Source: Candidatus Thorarchaeota archaeon (lineage in GTDB: Archaea; Asgardarchaeota; Thorarchaeia; Thorarchaeales; Thorarchaeaceae). Taken from it: DNA of 64,000 nt. The stretch spans positions 32,742 to 96,741 of the forward strand of contig RDNZ01000007.1 of the NCBI GenBank assembly GCA_011364905.1, in the 5' to 3' direction. The notes below the pieces were generated by a model. That model was given only the letters and a program-made list of their open reading frames with translations. It searched no databases and was not told the DNA's origin. Numbering within the stretch: the first letter of the stretch is position 1; each line of letters begins with the position of its first letter. Both the position numbers and the translations under genes were made by a program. This document shows, piece after piece, positions 28,878 to 36,269 of this stretch.

Positions 28878-30877
28878 TCAAGCTCACCTTCTTCGGAGGT
28901 ATCTTCCCCATTATCTAATGGAATGTCGGCGATAAGGTCAGTCCCGAGTGCATCAGTTTCAGTTTCCTCTTGGTCCTCAACTGTTTCAAACCCGGTTATC
29001 GAATCTCGTAGCTTACTCGCAATTGTTTCAGCATCAAAAAGAGGCTTCTTCTTACCATCATTGGCAATAGTCACCAAGCTCTGTGCAAACTGATCAGCAT
29101 ACATCGCAAGAATGCCTGCGCGCTTGGCCTTCCTTCGTGCTGTTTCACGCCTGGTAATGAATCGCCTGAATTTTCGTCCAGCATCCTCGAGGGCGAGTTT
29201 GATCTCTCTTAGAAGCACCTCGTCTTCTGCGAGGGCTTGTTTACTCTGCCCCTTAAACATGACATGCACATAGGCTCCTGCGACGTGAATAAACACCATT
29301 ACAGGTCCTCGCGGAATTCCATTATCAAAGGTCTGCAATTTGTAGTTCTTCCAGTTCACTAGTGCCGTAGCCTTCCAAGTGGCGCAGTCGCTATTGTCTC
29401 TGAGTTTTGGAACCCGATTCACAAATCGCCAAAGGACCATTGGCGCAGATGATGCAGATTTGATCTCACCGCCATAAGCAATACAAACCTCAATGGCAAA
29501 CGATAGACCTTTTCCTGAGGTGGGCTTTCGTGTCACTGCGGCTACAAAGTCTGGCTTGTATGCCATCTTAATTGTTTGTTCGAATATCTCTTCTCCAACT
29601 GGCACAACAGTATCAGTGGGAGGTGCTATATAGTCCTCGCTTGAAAAGGAGCGATAGAGTAGCTCAACTTCTGTCTTAGACAGAGAGTCTGTTGGTGTTG
29701 TCATTTTAAGATCATCAAGATGCCTTCTTCGAAGGTCTTTACTTGCATTGGCAATAATCGTCCTAGCTTTATTGGTACTTAGACGACAGAACGCTTTTGT
29801 CAGAAAACCTCGTAGATCCGATTCCTTGGTTTCCCTTAACAGATCTTGAAACTCACCAATCCTAATACTTGCGGGGTGAGGTTGAGCATACTTGGGTTCT
29901 TCTGGGAATGTATTCACCCTACGTGGATGAATGTGAACCAAACCGTAGGGATCAATAAAGATGATTGTCACATGAGAGTTTAGTAGTGATGCCATCTCTG
30001 CATATACATCAGCATAACCTCGTCGATATTGGATATTCAGATAGTATAATCTGATGTAGGTTCCGTGATTGAAAGGAAGGTCCATGTCTATTGGTCCACC
30101 AACATGTTCCTTGGTGTTTGCAGTGGTCGTGTAGAAGTTGGTTACTGTAGCCATATCAGTATTGAATCGTTTTGATATTGTAAAAATGGGCTTTCCAGTA
30201 GTGTTTTGTGCATCACTGAATGCTGATGGAGCACCAAATCCTTGGCTGCCTCTCGTTTGCCTCAGTTTCTCAGACTTACTTGATGCTAGATAGATTCCAA
30301 ATTTCTCCAAGTCATTTGGAACCATCCCTACGCCAGTATCGAAACAGGTGAACTCGTATACCTTGAAGCCTTCTTCGTCATCAATGGGAACAAGGTCAGG
30401 CATCTGAACTTCTTTTAGCTCCATGACCACTAGAGGTTCTCGTTTAGATATGAGAGTGCGCAAAGGCACCACGAACTTTCGAAACTCAGTAATTCGTTCA
30501 TCGATGGTTTCCTTGCGTCTCGCAGGTATCTCTACTTCCTTGCCAGCTCGCACATCTCGTTCAAGCTGCTTGCTGAGTGCAATAGAATCAATTTGCCCTT
30601 CTTCTAGTTTAGCTCGAACCTCAGCAATAACAGCAGGATCTAGCTGATCTTGAAGACGAGGGTGTCGCTTTGCTTTCCACCACCAACTCTCAAGAGCATC
30701 AATGGCATTGTCCAAGAACTCGATTGCGTACTGTGTATGTTTGTTAAGTCCTGTTTCAAAACCGACAAGCTGGGTACGTTTTCTCATGAATTTTGCAATT
30801 GTACCTTGCTTGATGTCTCCTGACTCGGCCTTGATTACCGTAGGAGCTGGATTTGAATTGGATTTTTTCCCGGACAA
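28874..30877 (-). CDS. top6B: DNA topoisomerase VI subunit B
   Basis: EFLDNAIDA, DTGVG, RQTRGSQGFG, RFVNRVP, FKGQSKQA; 4-bp overlap with top6A. Confidence 0.93.
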   Translation of the reverse strand: MSGKKSNSNPAPTVIKAESGDIKQGTIAKFMRKRTQLVGFETGLNKHTQYAIEFLDNAIDALESWWWKAKRHPRLQDQLDPAVIAEVRAKLEEGQIDSIALSKQLERDVRAGKEVEIPARRKETIDERITEFRKFVVPLRTLISKREPLVVMELKEVQMPDLVPIDDEEGFKVYEFTCFDTGVGMVPNDLEKFGIYLASSKSEKLRQTRGSQGFGAPSAFSDAQNTTGKPIFTISKRFNTDMATVTNFYTTTANTKEHVGGPIDMDLPFNHGTYIRLYYLNIQYRRGYADVYAEMASLLNSHVTIIFIDPYGLVHIHPRRVNTFPEEPKYAQPHPASIRIGEFQDLLRETKESDLRGFLTKAFCRLSTNKARTIIANASKDLRRRHLDDLKMTTPTDSLSKTEVELLYRSFSSEDYIAPPTDTVVPVGEEIFEQTIKMAYKPDFVAAVTRKPTSGKGLSFAIEVCIAYGGEIKSASSAPMVLWRFVNRVPKLRDNSDCATWKATALVNWKNYKLQTFDNGIPRGPVMVFIHVAGAYVHVMFKGQSKQALAEDEVLLREIKLALEDAGRKFRRFITRRETARRKAKRAGILAMYADQFAQSLVTIANDGKKKPLFDAETIASKLRDSITGFETVEDQEETETDALGTDLIADIPLDNGEDTSEEGELD

Positions 30878-31190
30878 TGTAATTCACTCCGAACTATGGA
30901 AATGTTGCTACATTTTATCAATGAGCAATCGGACAGGTTTACCTACGAAACGGTCTTCTGCCTTGTCTAATCGGATTTCTTTTACTATATATTAATGATT
31001 TCTGTCACTAATACCTTCAAAATGCCTCTTTCTATGATTTTGTGCACTTAGAACGCTTTTGAAGTCATATAATCGGAGAAATATCTCACTCGTAGGGCAA
31101 ACTAGAACTCACATTCCCGTTTTTACAGATTAACGGAGACCAATGGACAACCTTTTCCGGAGGAATAGCACCTCAGTCTAGAGCAAGAAA

Positions 31191-31946
31191 ATGAGTCCCA
31201 AACCAGTCAATGCAATAGCAATACACTCGATTCCTGATGTCAATCCGGAGGATAATATTCCGGAGATGATACTTGACGCAGTTCGAGAAACGGGACTTGA
31301 ATTAATGGATCGAGATGTCCTGGTCATTGCTTCTAAAATTGTTTCCAAATCAGAAGATAGGATCGTTCACGCATCAGCGATCGAAGTTTCAAAGCAGGCA
31401 GAGAAGATTGCTGAAAAGAACAACTTCGACCCAATTCATGTTGAAATCGCGCTCCGCGAAGCAAATGAGGTCATAAACAGTGATGGTGTGTTAATTACAG
31501 AAACCCATTTCGGACTAGTCTGCAACTTCAGTGGTGTAGATAAGTCCAATGCTCCAGAAGGAGCATACATTCTCCTTCCGGAAAACCCGGATAGGTCTGC
31601 TGAGAGAATCCTCTCAATACTCTCTGAAAAAACAGGATTACAACTAGCTGTTATAATATCGGATACTCAAGGGAGACCCTGGAGAAAAGGTTCGGTTAAT
31701 ATAGCCATAGGATGCGCAGGTATCAATGCCTACAAGCATAACAAAGGAAGGAGGGACTTGTATGGTAGGATTCTGCAACGCTCTAGTGTTTGCCAAATTG
31801 ACGAAATCGCATCACTCGCAGAGCCGCTCATGGGACAAGCTGGAGAGAGAACACCTGTAGTCGTTGTTAGAGGTTACGAATACTCTAAGGGAAACGAAAA
31901 AGCTACAGACATAAATCGACCTAAGAGCGAGGATCTTTTCAGATAG
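31191..31946 (+). CDS. cofE: coenzyme F420-0:L-glutamate ligase
   Basis: SKIVSKSE, GVDKSN, LPENPDRSA, ISDTQGRPWR, DLYGR, DEIAS, DLFR. Confidence 0.93.
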   Translation: MSPKPVNAIAIHSIPDVNPEDNIPEMILDAVRETGLELMDRDVLVIASKIVSKSEDRIVHASAIEVSKQAEKIAEKNNFDPIHVEIALREANEVINSDGVLITETHFGLVCNFSGVDKSNAPEGAYILLPENPDRSAERILSILSEKTGLQLAVIISDTQGRPWRKGSVNIAIGCAGINAYKHNKGRRDLYGRILQRSSVCQIDEIASLAEPLMGQAGERTPVVVVRGYEYSKGNEKATDINRPKSEDLFR

Positions 31947-31961
31947 TACAATGGGATAACA

Positions 31962-31985
31962 GAAGGGCCCTAATATGAGCCCTTC
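31962..31985. terminator. hairpin between convergent genes
   Basis: GAAGGGC...GCCCTTC. Confidence 0.45.
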
Positions 31986-31996
31986 GATAGCATTAA

Positions 31997-32743
31997 CTAG
32001 TTAAGCTTCTGTCCGCATTTATTGCAGAATCTAGCACCTTGAGGATAGGGAGTTCCACAATTACCGCAAAAGCCTGCTTGACCACCAGGAACACCAGCCC
32101 CAGCTTGAGCTCCACTGGAGCCCTGAGCAGGACTTCCGCCTTCAATAACTCCACCGCAATTGGGACATGTAGGTACATTTCCAGCATTCGTTCCGCAATA
32201 TGGACACTTGCCTTGACTCTGCGCGGAGCTGACATTAGCGAGGATTGAGGGAATGACCTTCTTTTGCTTAAAGCGAAATTCCATTGTTCCTCCGGATTTC
32301 AGCTCGACAATGAGACGATCTCCGCTCTGAGTAGCATTGCTGATTGCTAGAAGAGGCAGAGCAATGCTTTCCGTATTCCCGTGCTGATCTTTGTTATAGT
32401 ACGAGTCAGCGGTCCAGGACGAAATAGCGGTTCCGACAGCTGCATAAGTGATTCCTCTTGCAAGGGAACGAGTAACTGCTCGACCGACACCACCCATCTG
32501 TCGTCCAGCACCCTCAAGAAGTGCAGCTCCAGCTACCGCACCGGCAAGCGCGCCCCATTTTTTCAGCCCACTCCTCTTTGATGGTTTCTTGTACCACACA
32601 ATACGAATATCGGTAAGCTCGAGTGAGCCATCTTCTCCGTCAAACTTTACATCCTTCTCACGGACCATTTTCCGCTCATAGTTCATGGTATCTAGTCCTG
32701 AGCCTGAATAAGATACGGTTAAAAACTGTGGTCTATCTGACAA
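31997..32743 (-). CDS. PH-like domain protein with Gly-rich insert and double zinc ribbon
   Basis: GSLELTDIRIVW...IALPLLAI pattern; CPYC-CPNC and CGNC-CNKC ribbons. Confidence 0.7.
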   Translation of the reverse strand: MSDRPQFLTVSYSGSGLDTMNYERKMVREKDVKFDGEDGSLELTDIRIVWYKKPSKRSGLKKWGALAGAVAGAALLEGAGRQMGGVGRAVTRSLARGITYAAVGTAISSWTADSYYNKDQHGNTESIALPLLAISNATQSGDRLIVELKSGGTMEFRFKQKKVIPSILANVSSAQSQGKCPYCGTNAGNVPTCPNCGGVIEGGSPAQGSSGAQAGAGVPGGQAGFCGNCGTPYPQGARFCNKCGQKLN

Positions 32744-32843
32744 TTATAAGCACCAATGCCCAATTCACAACATTGAGTATTAACTTTTTGTTGGGCGATA
32801 AAATAATGGAATGGCTGCTGTCGTAAGCAGCCTCCATACAATT

Positions 32844-34409
32844 CTAATCATCCAGATGGATACGCTCGGCAATCTCATCTGTCCCTCCAGACTCGATTTC
32901 ATCGAGGAGTTCTTCATCGATTAACTCAATTCCAGTGGTTTCGATTGTCTCGATTGGTTCTGGGGGAACAACAACATCACCGTTTGCCCAGGTTTCTCCT
33001 TCAATCTCTGGAGGTTCATGTCGAAAGCCCTGAACAATAAGGAGGACCCCAATCAGGGATGTGACACCGCAAGCTGCGAGAGTTAGTGGGAATCCGATGA
33101 TTGTGATTAGCCATCCAAATAGGGCAATCTGTGGAATTGCGAATATAGTGGCAATTGTGGGAAACAGAGAGTACATTGAGTTGCGAATCCTGTTTGGTAT
33201 GACATCAATCAAGACTCTCTGAGTCAGAACCTCTGCGAACCCTCCAAAGAAACTAGTTGATACAAAAGTTGTGAATATCAGCACTATTGGTAGAATGTTC
33301 TCCACAGGAAGACTCAGGAGTTGAATGTTGGTGAGAGGCCAGTACAGAATCAGTGTATCGGTACTGGTTGCAGCTGGTGGGAAGATAAGCATGATTGCAG
33401 CAAAGACCCAGAAGAAGATGAAACCGCATGTCTGCATTAAACGGAATCGTGGTATCCAGGTTTTTGGTTCGAATTTACGAGACCAGATACCTGATCGCTC
33501 CTGCGAAAAAATGCCAGGGATGAATAGCAGTGTTCTGAAACTCGCGACTCCTACATCTGTTATCAGATAGAGGTAATACATTGGAAATAGAATGAGATTA
33601 CCCCAGACCATTATACTACTTACAGCTATCATGCTGCCAATGCCAATGTAGCGGACAAAGGAATTCCTAAAGAGATAGCTTACACCACCCTTTAGTATTG
33701 AGAAGTACTCGCCCATGTCAGGACGCCCACCTTCCTGAGCTCTCTGTTCCTCGACCTCAGGGAAATCACGTACTAGTCTGAACGTAATCATGGCGAAGAA
33801 AAAGGCGAGAATACCTTGGAATTGGAAGACCCAGGCTCTTGAGAAGACAACTGCAAGAATGCTTCCAGGAATCAAAGCAGCTGTTGCCACGACCTGCATG
33901 ATCATACCCATTCGGCCCCAGAAGACACCGTACTGTTTCCGGTCTGTGTCTCCAGGCATAGCAACTCTGTAGTTGTTGTCAAACCATGCACCCCAGGCCC
34001 CACTGGACTGGGATTGAGCAAATCCCTGCAGTCCGTAGATTAGAACAAGGTAGAGGTACGGTGTATCAACGGTCACAAACGAGAGCAAGAGAAAAGCCAC
34101 ACCAAAGGAGAGGTTTGAGGAGGCTATAATGTATCGTTGACCAATCCAATCACCAATTGCGCCGGTTGGATAGTCGAGAGATATTTGCACAACCATCTCG
34201 ATAACCACCAGAGTTCCAACCAGTCCCATGCCCTGAAGATACATTCCAGGGCCACCGCCCAGTGCCTCAGCGACGAAGATCACATAGAATGTACTGCTCA
34301 AGACAAACGTGATGTTTGCTAGTGGTCCAAGTATGGCCATGATTTTTGCCAGTCGTAGAACTTTCTCAGTGGCATCTGGCAAGCCGAGGAAGGATTTCAT
34401 TCGACTCAT
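32844..34409 (-). CDS. MFS transporter
   Basis: DYPTGAIGDWIGQR (motif A), about 12 TM segments, acidic tail. Confidence 0.9.
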   Translation of the reverse strand: MSRMKSFLGLPDATEKVLRLAKIMAILGPLANITFVLSSTFYVIFVAEALGGGPGMYLQGMGLVGTLVVIEMVVQISLDYPTGAIGDWIGQRYIIASSNLSFGVAFLLLSFVTVDTPYLYLVLIYGLQGFAQSQSSGAWGAWFDNNYRVAMPGDTDRKQYGVFWGRMGMIMQVVATAALIPGSILAVVFSRAWVFQFQGILAFFFAMITFRLVRDFPEVEEQRAQEGGRPDMGEYFSILKGGVSYLFRNSFVRYIGIGSMIAVSSIMVWGNLILFPMYYLYLITDVGVASFRTLLFIPGIFSQERSGIWSRKFEPKTWIPRFRLMQTCGFIFFWVFAAIMLIFPPAATSTDTLILYWPLTNIQLLSLPVENILPIVLIFTTFVSTSFFGGFAEVLTQRVLIDVIPNRIRNSMYSLFPTIATIFAIPQIALFGWLITIIGFPLTLAACGVTSLIGVLLIVQGFRHEPPEIEGETWANGDVVVPPEPIETIETTGIELIDEELLDEIESGGTDEIAERIHLDD

Positions 34410-34442
34410 AAGTTTTCAACACTCGGTTTTTAGTTGCGATCT

Positions 34443-34514
34443 CTACAAGAAACTGAAGTGCCCTAGGCATGTAGTTATTGCCATCATGCTTTGGGGTTGA
34501 GATTCGTGTTTCAT
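34443..34514 (-). CDS. putative small ORF H (23 aa, MKHESQPQSMMAITTCLGHFSFL)
   Basis: Manually translated; AGGAAG upstream; ends 33 nt before the MFS start. Confidence 0.25.
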   Translation of the reverse strand: MKHESQPQSMMAITTCLGHFSFL

Positions 34515-34526
34515 GTTTTTCTGACT

Positions 34527-34606
34527 TCCTATAGTAGCAACGGTCCCCGGATCACACAAACGAGGACCGCTGCTGAATCTCCACATTGGGAGATTCGGAG
34601 ATAGGA
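34527..34606 (-). ncRNA. structured RNA element (three-way junction) upstream of the MFS gene
   Basis: 14-bp stem AGCAGCGGUCCUCG/CGGGGACCGUUGCU with two G-U pairs that form only on the minus strand; 8-bp GAAUCUCC/GGAGAUUC; closing UCCUAU/AUAGGA. Confidence 0.5.
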
Positions 34607-34785
34607 GATTTGTCCGATTCGACTCTGATGTGAAATTGCATTGCTCTAGTCGGCTATACTTAGACCAGTATTACACAATGCTCCAAATGACTGGACACAA
34701 ATCGTCTTGTCACCTTTGGTCAAGCAGGGCTTGTCCATTGACAGGATTCTCGGTAGTGTCATCGTCATCATCACGCTTTTTTTTC

Positions 34786-34944
34786 TTAACCCCACATGTT
34801 AAATAGTTTGTGGGCCACACCATTATTATTAAATGGTTTGATTATAAGCATTATTCTCGAAGCATTATTTTGTACTCCGCACTTAAATCCATCATTTTGT
34901 TGGTTTTTGGGACCAAAATTATAATGGTTGCACAGGGAGGCCAT
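34786..34944 (-). CDS. putative small ORF E (52 aa, MASLCNHYNFGPKNQQNDGFKCGVQNNASRIMLIIKPFNNNGVAHKLFNMWG)
   Basis: ATG 7 nt after AGGAGGT, which overlaps the stop of sORF D. Confidence 0.45.
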   Translation of the reverse strand: MASLCNHYNFGPKNQQNDGFKCGVQNNASRIMLIIKPFNNNGVAHKLFNMWG

Positions 34945-34949
34945 TGATT

Positions 34950-35018
34950 CTACCTCCTAAAGTACATGTCAGCGATAGCACGCGTCGATACAGTCTGCGA
35001 TCTGCTCTTTTTGGTCAA
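34950..35018 (-). CDS. putative small ORF D (22 aa, MTKKSRSQTVSTRAIADMYFRR)
   Basis: TTG 7 nt after AGGAGGT, which overlaps the stop of sORF C; ends AGG AGG TAG. Confidence 0.45.
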   Translation of the reverse strand: MTKKSRSQTVSTRAIADMYFRR

Positions 35019-35023
35019 GCTTG

Positions 35024-35119
35024 TTACCTCCTATAGACATGGGCATGAATAATGGCACTTGTCTGAATGACTGCTTTCCTATCCAACGCAATTGGACAGT
35101 TGCTATTCGTTAGCGCCAT
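35024..35119 (-). CDS. putative small ORF C (31 aa, MALTNSNCPIALDRKAVIQTSAIIHAHVYRR)
   Basis: Start context 21/23 identical to sORF A; ends AGG AGG TAA. Confidence 0.5.
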   Translation of the reverse strand: MALTNSNCPIALDRKAVIQTSAIIHAHVYRR

Positions 35120-35135
35120 GACATTTCACAACTCT

Positions 35136-35264
35136 CTATAGGTTGGTCACAGGATATGCTGTTTCTGAGACTAACTGACCAGTTCTGTGACCACACTGTG
35201 GCCAGAACTCAGCCACACTAGGATCTGCAGAGATCCAGCATATTGTCCGTTCAGGATTCACCAA
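35136..35264 (-). CDS. putative small ORF B (42 aa, MVNPERTICWISADPSVAEFWPQCGHRTGQLVSETAYPVTNL)
   Basis: TTG 5 nt after AAGGTGA, which contains the stop of sORF A. Confidence 0.4.
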   Translation of the reverse strand: MVNPERTICWISADPSVAEFWPQCGHRTGQLVSETAYPVTNL

Positions 35265-35269
35265 ATCGT

Positions 35270-35374
35270 TCACCTTGTAACGGTCAGGTAAGCATAAGTT
35301 ACAGCAAAGGTCGAGACCTTTGCCTTATCGTTCTTGAGCACAGATGTTGTTCGTGAGTTAGTTGTTAGAGCCAT
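35270..35374 (-). CDS. putative small ORF A (34 aa, MALTTNSRTTSVLKNDKAKVSTFAVTYAYLTVTR)
   Basis: First ORF behind the TATATATA box; GTGAAATatcATG context. Confidence 0.5.
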   Translation of the reverse strand: MALTTNSRTTSVLKNDKAKVSTFAVTYAYLTVTR

Positions 35375-35406
35375 GATATTTCACAAGAATTAGTACTCAG
35401 ATTTAG

Positions 35407-35414
35407 TATATATA
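35407..35414 (-). promoter_or_regulatory. putative TATA box for the sORF array/MFS transcript
   Basis: TATATATA 32 nt upstream of the sORF A ATG. Confidence 0.55.
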
Positions 35415-35444
35415 GCGAAGCCACTTCTGAGGGTCACCAGAGGG

Positions 35445-35461
35445 AGTCACAATATGTGACT
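35445..35461. promoter_or_regulatory. palindromic putative operator between divergent units
   Basis: AGTCAC-aatat-GTGACT. Confidence 0.35.
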
Positions 35462-35539
35462 ACTGTATACCACATAGACAAGCATATCAGGGTCCACAGG
35501 TGGCTCAAAATTGTATTAAGTCGAAAAACGTGAAGAACA

Positions 35540-36166
35540 ATGGCTCCTGATGACCAGACTCAACAATTAATCGACTATTTTTCAAATATGGCGCTACAGG
35601 AATTAACGAATCAGTTCGAAGACCGTGGTTCAGCGATGCACAAGCTCTTCGTGCGGCAATTCAAGATTCACTACAACAACTATGAGCAGATGATGCCAAA
35701 TCCGCTCGCAAAGAGACATGGAATCAACTCATTATTCGTGATGGCAATGGACGATGTGATGTGCGAGGTCAGAGCATCATTCTCAGAACTCAAAGACATT
35801 GTGGTTTCAATATACCGTGCAATGCTTCAAGATTACTTCAAGAGAGAAGTTGAGAAACTTGAGGCTTCCAGCGATCCATGGCACGCCTTTGTTGAGTGGA
35901 CTCGTCAAGGGAATGAAACCAACAACAACAATGAATACTTCCAAGTCAAAGAGGTTGAAACACAAGAGGGGTGCTTTGGATTCGATATTCAGAGATGTCT
36001 CTATTTTGAAATCCTCAGAGAAGCTGGAAAACCAGAGCTAGGGCCAATACTTTGCAAATATGATAGTCTCCTAGCTGAAGCCGTACAGAATTGGATCGGA
36101 TTTACAAGACACGAAACAATAGCGCGTGGAGATAAGTGTTGCACATTCAGATACTGCAAAAAATAG
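35540..36166 (+). CDS. L-2-amino-thiazoline-4-carboxylic acid hydrolase family (ATC_hydrolase-like) protein
   Basis: FDIQRCLY, ELGPILCKYD, TIARGDKCCTFRY. Confidence 0.8.
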   Translation: MAPDDQTQQLIDYFSNMALQELTNQFEDRGSAMHKLFVRQFKIHYNNYEQMMPNPLAKRHGINSLFVMAMDDVMCEVRASFSELKDIVVSIYRAMLQDYFKREVEKLEASSDPWHAFVEWTRQGNETNNNNEYFQVKEVETQEGCFGFDIQRCLYFEILREAGKPELGPILCKYDSLLAEAVQNWIGFTRHETIARGDKCCTFRYCKK

Positions 36167-36269
36167 CAGGTACATCTATTCTTAGTAGACCATCCTTGTT
36201 CAATCAACAGTCAAACATATTTAGAGGCAGCTGCGAACCTGATAACAGATTAACCAGAGGTGGACATTA

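Noticed and set aside
21772-30877. Inteins in radA or top6A/top6B
   Set aside because: No intein terminal motifs (C/S start, HN end) or LAGLIDADG blocks; the extra sequence is helical or low-complexity.
35170-35374. Selenocysteine read-through of the TGA ending sORF A
   Set aside because: Read-through meets a second TGA after three codons, gives no redox motif, and I see no recognisable SECIS. The TGA is better explained as part of an AGGTGA SD.
34410-35540. CRISPR array, group I/II intron, hammerhead ribozyme or IS remnant
   Set aside because: Only pairs of repeats with irregular spacing; no group II domain V or group I P7 motifs; CTGATGTGAAA lacks hammerhead stems; no transposase fragment or terminal inverted repeats.
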